Notes: generated from the letters alone by a model not told the origin. A stretch of DNA of 63,552 nt, filler included, from Aduncisulcus paluster (GCA_024181965.1; 3 parts of 3 records of this genome joined end to end with filler, not necessarily neighbours in it); one strand, 5' to 3'; positions 36,721-48,619 are shown, numbered from the whole stretch's first letter. Made by a program: numbers and translations.

Positions 36721-37413
36721 GAATTATACTGTAAAAAAAGGAAAATAGTTGGATCACGTTCGTAGACAAGGGGGAAAAAAAAATCAAGCCACAAGAAAAT
36801 GATAGAAAGTAGAGATCTTTTAAAAAACAAAGAAGAAAACATCTCCTGAAATCATGAAAATGATGCACAAAAATTAACCCGAATCATTATTCATTATTAT
36901 ATCCTCTTCCTGCTCCAGCATTTTGGCGGCACCATGGAACGGAATATTCCATGATCACCCATTATATGATACAATTCCACTTCAATTCCCGGAATAATTT
37001 TAATTTTACTCCTTATTGCTAAATATTCGAAAAAAATAGCCCAATAAAATAATATTTTCTAAATATCTTGGCCAATTCTACAACTATAGGAAATATTCTT
37101 TGGTTTTATTAATTAATAGAACAAATTAAATTGCTAATATCTATTATATTTTCGAGTACTAGTTTAATGACGGATTTCTCCTCTATCTGTTCTCTCATCC
37201 CTTATCTTGCCTCCCACACAACTCATAAATTTCTAAAATTCATATTACCGTATGTGAATTATCTGATTTTTCATATTATTTCCATATTTTATCCCAATTT
37301 CCCCTCAGCTCATCATATCTTTTCTCTCAATGAAGTATTAAGGAATTCATTACTAATCTTATTCATAACAAACAGACAAATATATTCATTTTTCTAAGAA
37401 CAATAATTGAAAC

Positions 37414-38637
37414 ATGCCAATTGATATTCTAGGATATCGCAGTTATCTCGAAGTAGTGAGTGCTGAAACAAAGAAAATTATGTCAAAATTGCAAAATATC
37501 CGTTCCCATGGCATAAAATATATTTGGGATGAAATTCTTGGGATGCTAACACATCCTGTTGTCCCAATTGGAATTGAAAAAACTCATGATATATCATACC
37601 CATTTCTATGCTCTGTTTTTTCCACTTCTCCAACAGAATTCATTGATTTATTGGGTGCAAATGTCCTTGTTAAGTATTTGCATAGTCTCTATACGGATGA
37701 TCCCTCGGCGATCAATTCCTGCAGAAGATTGTCCGAAAGATTTTTATCGAGTCCCACCATTGGAGCTGCACTAATTATTGTATCTGCTTTAACAGCCCCT
37801 GTGAAATCACCCACTCGGATGGGTATTTCTAGCTTTTTGGTTTCTCGATTATACCATTACTCCGTTCACGATCTTCATATGGCTCGGCGAACCGCAATGA
37901 GTGCTATCTTCCTTGCTTCATGTATTTCCCATGAGTTTGCAGTGCGTTTGGCAGTAGAAATGGGAACAGATGTAGATACTGACGCTGATGTGTCCTTACT
38001 CTGCCTTCACTGCTGTAGAGCCCTTGAAAAGGGAACTAAACTTGCTGCCATTCTTGATAAATGTTTTGTGATTGATCTTGCTGAGAAAGCTAGTGCATTG
38101 GACGGTCGACAGGGAATAGTTGCGAGAAAGATTGCTGAGGATGCCCTCTTAGAAATGGATCGAGCTAAGATGATCACAACATATGCCAAAATATCCATTC
38201 GAGATGCTCATGGCGTCGTTACAAAACGGAGAAAAGTATTAGATCGTATCCTTGTTGCCCTGTCTGAGTCTAAACTGCTTCGGTGTGCCTTTGAATGCTA
38301 TTGTATGCAGAATCCTTCATTAATAGCACCTCTTGTGGCCCATCTTGAGTCTCTTGTGCTTGCCGCTCAGAACGGGAACAAGATTATCGCCAATTTCCTC
38401 GGTAATATTAGTATAAAGGCGGTCGCAATGTTGTCTCGTGCAGCTCTTATCTCAGCACATGATCCTGGAGTCGCAAGAATATTGAAGCCTCGGATGGAAG
38501 GAATAATGGCCGATCTTAAGGTGAGAAGAAAAGATCTATTTATATCCAAAGCGGTGATGATCCTGGCTTTCATTTTGGTTTGTGTTGGATCATTTTTGTG
38601 TGGTGTGCTCCATGAGGGATATAATAGAAGAACATAG
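37414..38637 (+). CDS. Hypothetical helical protein with a C-terminal transmembrane anchor
   Basis: 407-aa ORF; hydrophobic AVMILAFILVCVGSFLCGVL just before a short C-tail. Confidence 0.7.
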   Translation: MPIDILGYRSYLEVVSAETKKIMSKLQNIRSHGIKYIWDEILGMLTHPVVPIGIEKTHDISYPFLCSVFSTSPTEFIDLLGANVLVKYLHSLYTDDPSAINSCRRLSERFLSSPTIGAALIIVSALTAPVKSPTRMGISSFLVSRLYHYSVHDLHMARRTAMSAIFLASCISHEFAVRLAVEMGTDVDTDADVSLLCLHCCRALEKGTKLAAILDKCFVIDLAEKASALDGRQGIVARKIAEDALLEMDRAKMITTYAKISIRDAHGVVTKRRKVLDRILVALSESKLLRCAFECYCMQNPSLIAPLVAHLESLVLAAQNGNKIIANFLGNISIKAVAMLSRAALISAHDPGVARILKPRMEGIMADLKVRRKDLFISKAVMILAFILVCVGSFLCGVLHEGYNRRT

Positions 38638-38861
38638 TTATGGAATAATTCCATGGTGCCTTAAATACATCAGACTTATTGAATATAATATTCAGAAGAT
38701 TGATCAACCAATTGGTTTTTCGAGAGTAAAAAATATTAATATTATTTATATTTTGAGAGGAATTGGTTTATTTATTTCATTAGGATTGTTCCTCATTATT
38801 CACTGTTCTTTCAAGCATATAAAAAAAAATATATCTCTCTTTGCAGCATTCATAAATCAAA

Positions 38862-39761
38862 ATGGGAGAAATTTTTGATTGTATATCTTGTATGAGTGCA
38901 ATTATTGGTCTACCCCTTTTATTAATAAGCATTATTGTTGTTATTAGTGCGAAAATTAAGACCAACCATTTTTATGAAAATGTCGATTCCTTTATTGCAG
39001 TAATTGAAGCTCTTCCATCGACTACCTTCTCTCGGTTCGAAAACTCACTTGCTACGATGAGCATGGATCTCAACTTTGATGGAATCTCATATTCTCTTGA
39101 TATCAATTCTTTCACTGCATATGACCATGAGCCATGTGGTGTTGATGAGGATGATATGGCAGCCCTTGAAGAGAAGGGTATTACAAGCTCTGATATGGAA
39201 ACATATTCCTTCAGTCTTTCTCCCTTAACAAGTTCTAATATTTCAACTGAATCTGGACTTGATATATATGCATCCATTGAGATGTTTCAAGATAGTATTT
39301 CCAGTTTGTCGACATCAAAAAAATATATTGATAGCGAATATTCAACCATACATGGTCCAGATATGGGGAATTTATCATGTCCTGATCGTACAATTGAAGT
39401 GGAGTGTTCATATAGAGAATGTCTCTCTGTCAGCTATGCCAAATCACTCAGGATTGGAATAACATCTATGCATTCGGTTTCGAATCCGAATACATATGAT
39501 GTGAATGATGATGATGTTAATTTCCAACAACGGATCAATTATTCACCGAGTTCATTTACATGTGATTCCGTCAATTATATTCCGGTGAATTCTCTTTCTC
39601 TCACGATTTTTGATATAAACACCGCTTGTGGCGTTTATCAAGATGAATATGGAGGGGACTTCGGAAAAAATCGATCAAAACGAGTGAGAAATGGTTTCAT
39701 CGTAATGATTATTGGCGGAATATTATGTCTCATCTTTATTATATTTCTGGTAAAGGGATAA
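38862..39761 (+). CDS. Hypothetical two-TM membrane protein with a Cys-containing loop
   Basis: N- and C-terminal hydrophobic helices flank a ~240-aa hydrophilic region. Confidence 0.75.
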   Translation: MGEIFDCISCMSAIIGLPLLLISIIVVISAKIKTNHFYENVDSFIAVIEALPSTTFSRFENSLATMSMDLNFDGISYSLDINSFTAYDHEPCGVDEDDMAALEEKGITSSDMETYSFSLSPLTSSNISTESGLDIYASIEMFQDSISSLSTSKKYIDSEYSTIHGPDMGNLSCPDRTIEVECSYRECLSVSYAKSLRIGITSMHSVSNPNTYDVNDDDVNFQQRINYSPSSFTCDSVNYIPVNSLSLTIFDINTACGVYQDEYGGDFGKNRSKRVRNGFIVMIIGGILCLIFIIFLVKG

Positions 39762-40248
39762 CTTCTTTGTACACCTTCCAAACCAACCCAAAATTTATCT
39801 TAATTCTTGGTTTGTTGAAAAATATATATGTCATTTAATCTTAATTGAGAAACAAATTACCATCAACACCAAAATACTTTAACTTTAACTATACTCTAAA
39901 TCAAATATCATATTTGCAAATATGTCAAACATTAACGAATCGGAACTGCAAGAACCCCGGATTCTTAGTCGGGCCGACTAATCATTCACTTGGAGGTGTA
40001 AATCACCACATCGTTATTCAAATAAAGTATAATTAGATAAAAAATACCAAAAATGATAATTTGGAACAATTAATTCATCTGAACCTTTCAAAAATTGACG
40101 AATTACCGCAATAACAACCAGGAGATTAATCCAGGAGGAATTCAAACAAGTACACAAATATCTCCCTATTTTTGAAAATAAATAGCATGATTTGATGAAT
40201 TCCATTCTATTTTTTTCCCTAGATTTCACGATTATGTCATCAAAGGGA

Positions 40249-40250
<2 letters not shown>

Positions 40251-40289
<39 letters not shown>
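40251..40289. repeat. (GT)n microsatellite
   Basis: About 19 perfect GT units. Confidence 0.97.
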
Positions 40290-40292
<3 letters not shown>

Positions 40293-40708
40293 AACTTTCG
40301 GTGACACTGTTGAACAGTTGAAATGTCTCAAATTCGGAATTTGAGAACATGCCATGCTGTGAAATACTCGCTAACTTTATTATAAATATATATTTTGTCG
40401 TTGTTTGGAAGTAAATAATAATTATAAAAGAGATAGAGAAAGGGGAACTGATATAGGCAGGAAGGGATGTACAATGGATTGAGTAATAATAGATGTATTG
40501 ATATCAAAATAGAATTGTAAGTATTTTGATGATTTATATTGGGATAGTATTCTTGCAATTATTAAGAATAGGACAAGTTCCAGTGGAAAATAGTGTAGAA
40601 ATTGTAATAATCGAGAAAAGATATAAATAAACCACGATCTAGAAACGAAATGTTATTGTAACATTATAAATTGCACGGATATTTATGTCGTTACTGTACA
40701 CCAAACTA

Positions 40709-42103
40709 TTACACGTGAAGATCATCTCCAAAATTATCTTCCTCAGAAACTTCACGGCTGGGAACAAGGAGAATTCCTTCCTCATCCGCGGGAGCAGCAA
40801 TGGTATCGTGCAATCCAGGGAGTAAGAGACAGGAGCCTGTAGCACAGAAACTGAAGACAGCAGCAAGGACAATGGAAGGATCGTCCCACCCACAAGCCTC
40901 ACATATGAAAGTGACCAACTGGATGAACAATTGGGCAAGCACACAGCAGGCATTCAAAGCACCAGCATAGAGACCACTGTCACTGGTGTTACTCTTTCCA
41001 ATGATACTAAATGGAGCAGCATTCATGGTGGTAACATTGAGACCAATGGCAAATGCACAAATGTAGAGGACAGCAAGGGTATCAGAAAAGAAGCAAAGAA
41101 TAAAGAATGCAATGAACATAATTCCCTGAGAAAGAAGGTACAATGACTTCTCTCCTTTCTGTTGGGCAAGTTTGTTGTAGAAAGGAGTGTATATAATCCC
41201 AGCAAGAGAAGTGAGAGAGTTGGCAAGAGTTCCGGCATTCATTCCAAAGGTTTGGGTGGCAATAATCATGTATGGGAAGTAACCAGCCCAAGAAAAGAAA
41301 AATACGATACAAGTCATCAAGAAGGGCTTTGGCATGGTCCTGAAAGCTCTAAATATACGAGAAAACACATTACCTCTCGTGTTTTCAACCGATACTTTTC
41401 CTTCACGGATCAATTCAGGAAGGGGCCGCTCGGTACCATACTTGAGAGTGGGGATACAGACACCAATGATCACAAAGCATGCAACAGTTGTCATAATTTC
41501 CATTAATGTAATGAATTCGGGCTCTCCTACAACAACCCAGAAGGAAGTAATGTAGAAAATAACGTTAACAATGAAATAGGAAAAGTTAACCATGAAAGCA
41601 CTCCATCCACTTCCAGCTTCTTGATCTTTCTCGGGGACAAGATCGGCAACAATGGCACGACAAGGAGCAAGCATGATATTAAGTCCAGCATTCACCAAAA
41701 AGGCACCAATAATAGCAAATGGAGCTGTACCTTTGGTTGGATCTTCAGGATTAACAAGAGAACCCATAGCATACGAAAAACCAAGGAAAAGAAGAGAAAA
41801 TATCAAAAATGCAGCGCCAAAAATAATCCAAGGTCTTCTCCTCCCCATATTTGAGCGAGTGGCATCAGACCACGAGCCAACCAATGGTTGGACAAAGAAA
41901 CCACAAAGAGGTCCGGCACACCAGGTTAATGTAGCAACATAATTAGGGAATTGAAGTTGTGTGGAAAGGTATGGACTCAAAAATGAACTCATAATAGCGA
42001 ATCCAAATTGTAATCCTGCCATACTTGAGTTAAGGATGAGGAACTTTTTTGTTGTCCATACTGTAGTTTGACCGTTCATGGAAGATGAATCGGAGTTGGA
42101 CAT
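40709..42103 (-). CDS. MFS sugar/H+ symporter of the SUT/SLC45 type
   Basis: AGLQFGFA, WCAGPLCGFFVQPLVGSWSD...GRRRPWI, PCRAIVADL, GLYAGALN; about 12 TM helices. Confidence 0.88.
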   Translation of the reverse strand: MSNSDSSSMNGQTTVWTTKKFLILNSSMAGLQFGFAIMSSFLSPYLSTQLQFPNYVATLTWCAGPLCGFFVQPLVGSWSDATRSNMGRRRPWIIFGAAFLIFSLLFLGFSYAMGSLVNPEDPTKGTAPFAIIGAFLVNAGLNIMLAPCRAIVADLVPEKDQEAGSGWSAFMVNFSYFIVNVIFYITSFWVVVGEPEFITLMEIMTTVACFVIIGVCIPTLKYGTERPLPELIREGKVSVENTRGNVFSRIFRAFRTMPKPFLMTCIVFFFSWAGYFPYMIIATQTFGMNAGTLANSLTSLAGIIYTPFYNKLAQQKGEKSLYLLSQGIMFIAFFILCFFSDTLAVLYICAFAIGLNVTTMNAAPFSIIGKSNTSDSGLYAGALNACCVLAQLFIQLVTFICEACGWDDPSIVLAAVFSFCATGSCLLLPGLHDTIAAPADEEGILLVPSREVSEEDNFGDDLHV

Positions 42104-42342
42104 GGCGAAAATGCGACCAAAAACAGGCCAGAAATAATAGCATTATGATTATGTGCTATTTAATAACTTTCATGGAAATAGATAGTCGAATTCAAATTCA
42201 TTAGCTCAATTAATAAAGAAAATATCATCAAAATTTCCATTATCTGATCAAACAAGCCTATTCATTCTTTTCGCTCTACTTCTGTTGTGCCGGATTATTG
42301 ATTTCATTTTTTTGAAGATAATATTGTTAAAAGTTGCTTTTC

Positions 42343-43980
42343 ATGACAAAAACTGAAGTTCAACCTCTTATTTCCAGTGATATTAAGGCAGAAATTGAAA
42401 AGGAGATTTCGTATATAAAACAATATAAAGATGTTGGGATTGATCTAAGAGATAGAACTACAAGACGCATTATATCATATATTCCACCTGATCCTATCCC
42501 TCCAGCTACATTGAAGTACCCTGATAAGCCTTCTCGATTTGCTTGGTATAATGACGTTTTGAAGTCTCCCAAGACATTTTTGGCTCCAATGGTTGATGGA
42601 TCTGACCTTCCATTTCGAATTTTGACCCGTAGGCATGGAGTTGAGTGTGCATTCACTCCGATGTATAACTCCAGTGTTTTTGCCACCCATCCTCTTCAAC
42701 GTATTCAAGTACATCCGCCTCCTTCAGATGAATATGCGAAAGAAGACATGAATATAATCGTTCAACTATGTGGAAATGATCCAAAAAAACTCGTTAATAG
42801 TGCTCTTGTTGCTCTCTCTGAAGATAAGTTTAATCGCATTGCCGCCTTTGATATTAACCTTGGATGCCCTCAACGAATTGCCAGGAGAGGATATTTCGGA
42901 TCATATTTACAAGACAATTGGCCTCTTTGCTTTTCCCTTGTTCGTGCCCTACATGAGGCTCTTCCAGTTCCTGTTACTGTTAAAATTCGTGTTTTATCCT
43001 CGTTGGAGCTCACGATGAGGTACGTGGACATGTTGGTTGCTGCCGGGGCACAGATGCTTACTGTTCATGGAAGGACTCGTGAGGAGAGGAATGAGAAGAA
43101 GACAAGGACCGTCAATTATGAATATATTCGCGCAATTGTTGCTAAATATGGGAGTGTCCTTCCAATTGTTGTGAATGGAGCCATTGATTCTTTTGAGAAA
43201 CACTCATCTGTTCTAAAGTTTACAAAAGCCCACGCCACCATGGCTGCGGAGCACATTTTATACGACCCATCAATGTATGAGAATGCCGGAATACATGGTC
43301 ACGATGTTTGGGAGCGTGTTAAGAGGGAAGCCGACCGAGATGCATGGGAGGCCGTGAAAGAAATTGGTCTTCCATCCCAATCGTCATCCTCTTCTCCCTC
43401 TCTCCCTGATACTGTCATGTTACCACTTAAACGGCGGTCTGGTGAGAGTGAACTCTTGTGTACAAGTGATTCAGCCAAAGAGTCTGCCAAAGAGTGTCCC
43501 GTTGCTAAGGAAGAAGCCGGAGAAAGAGATAGAAAAGATAAGAAGAAGAAGTTATTGCTGGGTCTTGATCCATCCCTGTATGTCCACTCTCCTATCAAGA
43601 GCTCCTTCTCATGTGACGATGAAGCCTATCTCCTCTCTCTAACTCAGCTGGCAACTGAATTCCTTGACATTGCCTCATCGTGTGTGACCATGCCGGAGTG
43701 GTATAAGGAGAACCACAAACAGCCCATTAATCCTGGTTTGACAAAGACACACCTGATGCCCATCCTTGAGCCCCATCTCGCTCGATACACTGACTTGAGG
43801 GATAGACTTAGCAATGGTCGCGGAATGACCCTTGATATTCAGAGAGGGATTGTAAAGGAGTGTGAAAGGAGAATTAGAGAGAGAAAAGGTGCAGTTGGAA
43901 ACGTTGTGAGTGCTATGAGAGTGCGGAAAAGGGAGGAAAAGCTTAGATTAGCTGCTACATCTGCCAAAGGAGAAGAATAG
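42343..43980 (+). CDS. DUS1: tRNA-dihydrouridine synthase (DUS1-like)
   Basis: LAPMVDGSDLPFR, TPMY, VQLCGNDP, DINLGCPQRIARRGYFGSYL, VTVKIR, LTVHGRT. Confidence 0.88.
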   Translation: MTKTEVQPLISSDIKAEIEKEISYIKQYKDVGIDLRDRTTRRIISYIPPDPIPPATLKYPDKPSRFAWYNDVLKSPKTFLAPMVDGSDLPFRILTRRHGVECAFTPMYNSSVFATHPLQRIQVHPPPSDEYAKEDMNIIVQLCGNDPKKLVNSALVALSEDKFNRIAAFDINLGCPQRIARRGYFGSYLQDNWPLCFSLVRALHEALPVPVTVKIRVLSSLELTMRYVDMLVAAGAQMLTVHGRTREERNEKKTRTVNYEYIRAIVAKYGSVLPIVVNGAIDSFEKHSSVLKFTKAHATMAAEHILYDPSMYENAGIHGHDVWERVKREADRDAWEAVKEIGLPSQSSSSSPSLPDTVMLPLKRRSGESELLCTSDSAKESAKECPVAKEEAGERDRKDKKKKLLLGLDPSLYVHSPIKSSFSCDDEAYLLSLTQLATEFLDIASSCVTMPEWYKENHKQPINPGLTKTHLMPILEPHLARYTDLRDRLSNGRGMTLDIQRGIVKECERRIRERKGAVGNVVSAMRVRKREEKLRLAATSAKGEE

Positions 43981-44544
43981 ATTATTATTTTCTTTTCAGG
44001 GACAATATAGTATAGTATAGTACAGTATAGTATAGTACAATATAGTATAGTATAGTATAGTATAGTATAGTATATAGTAACAATCATCGTTCAGTTTCAT
44101 TCTAATTATCTTGAAATTGAGGAGCATCGATGGCATACTGTGGATCGAAATGAATCACTGTACAGAAATAATGAATAGACAAAGAGATAATATTTTTGAT
44201 ATCTATCAGTTTTTTACTCANNNNNNNNNNNNNNNNNNNNGAGAGTGCGGAAAAGGGAGGAAAAGCTTAGATTAGCTGCTACATCTGCCAAAGGAGAAGA
44301 ATAGATTATTATTTTCTTTTCAGGGACAATATAGTATAGTATAGTACAGTATAGTATAGTACAATATAGTATAGTATAGTATAGTATAGTATAGTATATA
44401 GTAACAATCATCGTTCAGTTTCATTCTAATTATCTTGAAATTGAGGAGCATCGATGGCATACTGTGGATCGAAATGAATCACTGTACAGAAATAATGAAT
44501 AGACAAAGAGATAATATTTTTGATATCTATCAGTTTTTTACTCA
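43917..44544. other. Assembly overlap duplication around a 20-N gap (44221-44240), containing a (TAGTA)n microsatellite
   Basis: 43917-44220 is repeated at 44241-44544. Confidence 0.9.
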
Positions 44545-44901
44545 TAAAATTCCACCAGATGGAAATGGTATACCATACGTATTTATACTCAGACAGATAA
44601 AAGGGTTAGATATTACATGAAGATACTGTATATTCCAACATACTTCCAATTAACTCAAGAATCAAAATTCTATAATTAGACGCATCCACTCATGGATGGG
44701 TTCTCGAGGAACCATGAAAGATAATCTAATAATCAATAAGAGACCAATACATATAGTCAAGTAAATTACTTATGAACAAAAAACATTAAAGGAAATATAT
44801 AACTCATGTGTGTCACATTATGGGCAATATTAAAAACAAAGGACAAACAAAGAAGAAAGGTCGAGACTATCTCAATGATTCGCACAGCTTGAAAGTCTCT
44901 C

Positions 44902-46320
44902 TTAAAGTCCATAATCAACAATTAGATCCTCTTCGACTTTCCCCATCATCATCTTGGGAACTCGTACATTCTTTTCATCGACAAAATCTACAATCAGATC
45001 ATCTTTATCGACAGAAAGAACTGTTCCTACTCCATAAAACAGTGTGGCATCAGTTAATCCTTCCAAAATGTAGTGGACTTTCATGCCTTCCTCAAACTTA
45101 TCACACTTAGCAATAACGACACCAGCAATATCTTCTTTCTCGGAATCAGCAGCAGCCTTGGAGTCCTTTTGAGGGATTTCTGACTCCTTCTTTGCCACAA
45201 GATCAGATTTCACAAGAGCCCGTACAAAATCATCGGGCATCGAACTCATTAATGAGCTAACAGCCTGCCAGTCGAGCTGTATCAAAAAGGAAAACAGAAC
45301 CTCTCGAAGGTACTCACTCTTTGACCCAATCACAAACTTCAGTGTCTTGGTGGATATTGTGCTTGGGGTAAGATGTTTGGCAATGAACGAATAGCAGAGC
45401 TCCTTCAACCCTTCAATGCCAAGACGATTGCCAAACTCAAGGAGATGACGCACGTGTACAATGGAATCATCGAGGGTAAGAGAGGAATGATCTTTGGGTT
45501 CTTTTTCTTTGAAGATGGATGAACGCAAAATATTGAGAATCACTTCAGCACTACTTGAGTAAACATATTGTATGATTCCAAGGGCTAAGTCTTGGGGCTG
45601 AATAAAGGAGAGATCAAGGGTACGAGTCTCTGAGTTCCAAAACTGGTCAAAATTGGAAATTCTAGCCTCAAGCAAACAACTATGGGCGGGTACGTCTTTC
45701 TCCATTAAATGGACAGTACAATCTGTGTCTGGGATATGAGAAGAATCTTTGTCGGAATCGGTTTGCAAACCAATGAGAGAAGGAGAGGTAGATTGGGCAA
45801 AAGCGCCAGTAGCGAGCCGAATCAAGTCTTTTAGAAGGAGTTTACGGTGAATCTTCTCAGTTGAATAGATTTGTTCTCCGATTATCTCAATGGCAAGCCC
45901 ACGGACACGGCAGTCTCTGCCACCACCATGTTGCCGATGGAGCTTCATGGTAATCTTGGAACAAGGATTCTTGCTTACACAGGGGAAAAGATGCCACTTA
46001 TTGTCTTTTCGGGTCTCAATTATTTCAGATTCTTCTTCTCTATCTCTGAAATACTGTATTACAGATACTTGCTCTGGCATAAAATTACCATCGGACCCGT
46101 GCATTCTCAAAAATACATTTTTAACATGACGGGGGTGAGAGAATGAAACGGTTATTGAATGTGGCCTTGAACCACTGGATTGCCAATATGTGGTGGAATC
46201 GTGATCAAGAAGTTTGCCCAGTGAAGAATTATGGCTATTAGTTGAGGAAGAAAGCTCATCGACAGTTATGTCTAACATACTGTGGGAGGGCAATTCAGGA
46301 ACTATTTCAGCGAGAACCAT
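44902..46320 (-). CDS. DOC/APC10-domain plus BTB/POZ-domain protein
   Basis: LLDHDSTTYWQSSGSRPHSI...FMPEQV...HGGGRDCRVRGL (DOC); TDCTVHLMEKDVPAHSCLLEAR...IIQYVYS...LGIEGLKELC (BTB). Confidence 0.82.
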   Translation of the reverse strand: MVLAEIVPELPSHSMLDITVDELSSSTNSHNSSLGKLLDHDSTTYWQSSGSRPHSITVSFSHPRHVKNVFLRMHGSDGNFMPEQVSVIQYFRDREEESEIIETRKDNKWHLFPCVSKNPCSKITMKLHRQHGGGRDCRVRGLAIEIIGEQIYSTEKIHRKLLLKDLIRLATGAFAQSTSPSLIGLQTDSDKDSSHIPDTDCTVHLMEKDVPAHSCLLEARISNFDQFWNSETRTLDLSFIQPQDLALGIIQYVYSSSAEVILNILRSSIFKEKEPKDHSSLTLDDSIVHVRHLLEFGNRLGIEGLKELCYSFIAKHLTPSTISTKTLKFVIGSKSEYLREVLFSFLIQLDWQAVSSLMSSMPDDFVRALVKSDLVAKKESEIPQKDSKAAADSEKEDIAGVVIAKCDKFEEGMKVHYILEGLTDATLFYGVGTVLSVDKDDLIVDFVDEKNVRVPKMMMGKVEEDLIVDYGL

Positions 46321-46754
46321 TTGGAAAAGTAGAATTTTGAGTGAGGACAGAAAAAAAGATTATATAATATATTTGACGCAATGAATTGGGAAAAAAATCA
46401 ATTTAAATTCAAAAATATATATTTATGAATTGATGAAAAGTTTCCTTTCAGTCAAAATGGAAATTTGTGGATTTGGAGAATAAGGAGGGTAAGTTCTTCA
46501 AGAAACAACAGATAATTGAAACAGGAGTGAGATTGAAATGAGAAACAATTCAAAATGATTTTTCATGCCAATTCAAATGGCATAAAGCTTTTTCTCCTCT
46601 CATATTAATTGTGAACACAGCGGTTATTGTGAAACTCAAAGAAGAATGAATGTTCTTGATGATCTCACGACAGGCCTTACAAAAATGTTTTATTCAATAT
46701 TTATGATATTCATGAAAATAAAGAAGAAAAAGAGTATTGGGAATCTATATTTTT

Positions 46755-47537
46755 CTACAGCGATTCTGATTCTTCTTCTTCCTCCTCATCGTCATCGTCC
46801 GTCGTATAACATATGGATCCAGTAACTCTATGATATCCAGTGGAATATTCTGCCAATTGTATCTTCTCTCCAACAATATCACAAGGACCACTCTCCTCCC
46901 AATGCTCGGGAGTGGCAGCATCCTTATCGCAATATATAAGAAGATCAAATGAACATGGACTCGAAATAAGAGGCAAAAATGTGACACTCGATACTATTTG
47001 TCTCATGAGGGCTTGAATTTCTTTTTGAGCCTGTTTTATAGATTTTTTTGATTTCTTCCGCGATTTTACGGCATCTTCACCCATTTCAATATTAAAAGTC
47101 CATTTTTCTATTTGTTTGGCCTTTGCAACATCAGTGAGAACTAAAACCAAACTCTCCACCATTCCAGAGGAGAGCCATATTTTCACTTGTTCTAATACTT
47201 GACTAAGATAGGCATTCAAACGTTGATCAGTTGCAACCATAAGATTCACATCATATGCTTTTCTTTGTTCAAACATTTCTGCAGGATATACACCCCTCAT
47301 ATATAATACAGCATTAATTGCATATGAAAAAAATTGAGAAACCATATCTGAAGATCCTTTCAGCGTGATTGCTTGTTCTACGACGGTGGGCTAATGAAAA
47401 TAAGAGTGAAATAATTCAAATGAGTTGAATAATAACACAGATGATGGATAGAAGAGAAGAAGAAGATTGAGTGGAAAATTAGAAATATTTTGGAAAAGAA
47501 TGGATTTAATTTTGAATTGAAAAATAAAACATACCAT
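46755..47537 (-). CDS. MAD2: Spindle checkpoint HORMA protein Mad2; exons 47535-47537 (ATG only) and 46755-47390
   Basis: Spliced M|PTVVEQAITLKGSSDMVSQFFSYAINAVLYMRGVYP...EKWTF...EIQALMRQIVSSVTFLP...FDLLIYCD...PEHWEES. Confidence 0.93.
47391..47534 (-). other. Spliceosomal intron (144 nt) immediately after the MAD2 start codon
   Basis: ATG|GTATGT...TTCATTAG|CCC, phase 0; supplies the start for the ITLKGS-containing exon. Confidence 0.88.
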
Positions 47538-48619
47538 AATTTAATGTGTAAATCGTATATCAAGAACAAAACGTTCTTGGGCGGAATGAAATTGGCAAAT
47601 TTTAATAATGATAATAAATTGAAGAGTAAAAAGCTTTTTCTTACAGAAATATGAACCACGATAATATTTTCTGCATTTATTTCAGTCATACTGCAAAGAT
47701 AATTCTACCGTTGTTTAATTTTGATATCTGGCCAGTTCTACAATTAATCTAAGTTATATGATAGGAATTTTTTTGTAAAACTCAGATTATATTCAATATC
47801 GAGACTCTCATGTTCAAATCCAAACCTACAGATTCACAATGGAGTTCATGAACACCAACTTGGTGTTCTTTCTTGAAGAAATGATTTCTTCTGTTAGCAC
47901 ATTGAATGAAGAATGAACATTTTAAATGTCATAAAATTGTTGTTTATTGTTGTAAATGGAGTATAATATCTTGTAAAATACGATGTATTCGCGCATACTA
48001 TGCGTATAGTATAGGCATAAATAAATTTTAGGTTTCTAAAAATAGACCATGTAAAAATAGAAATGAAGTTTATTTTTTTGAAAAAACAGTGATTTTTCCC
48101 CCCGAAAAACCATTTTTCCCCCTAAATTTTCCCCAAGGGGGAAAAGTGGGATCCGAAAATTCAGGAATATCTCTAATCCCTAAAATCCTAGAAAATAAAA
48201 TAATATAATATAATAATAGTATTAATCGTTATTAAAAATGATTTTTAGATGGCCAATCACCTGCGTGAATGGTACTATACTATCAAAGGGATGCACGGCC
48301 GAGAACCCAATCTTTTCTTAAGATTTACTGTAATTTACCCCACATAATTGCTGTATTATACTATACTATTCCAAAGTTGGCAAATCACTTGCGTGAATGA
48401 TACTGTATTTGACACCTGAACGCAAGAAATGAGAATGTGTTTATTCACAACGATATAATCGTTTGTTCTCAATATATATTAGAAATACATATTTGAAAAA
48501 GATAAATTTATTGAAAATGATCTTCAGGATTAGGTAATAAAGATGGTGTTGTCTGAGAAACTCCAAAAATAGGCCCAAACAAAGAATTCGTGACTAAAAC
48601 GTTGATTGAGAAGCGATAG

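Noticed and set aside
37167..37413. Upstream coding exon (ATG 37167, GTATGT 37250) for the 37414 gene
   Set aside because: None of the nearby acceptors (37308, 37375, 37398, 37432) joins in frame; at most a UTR intron.
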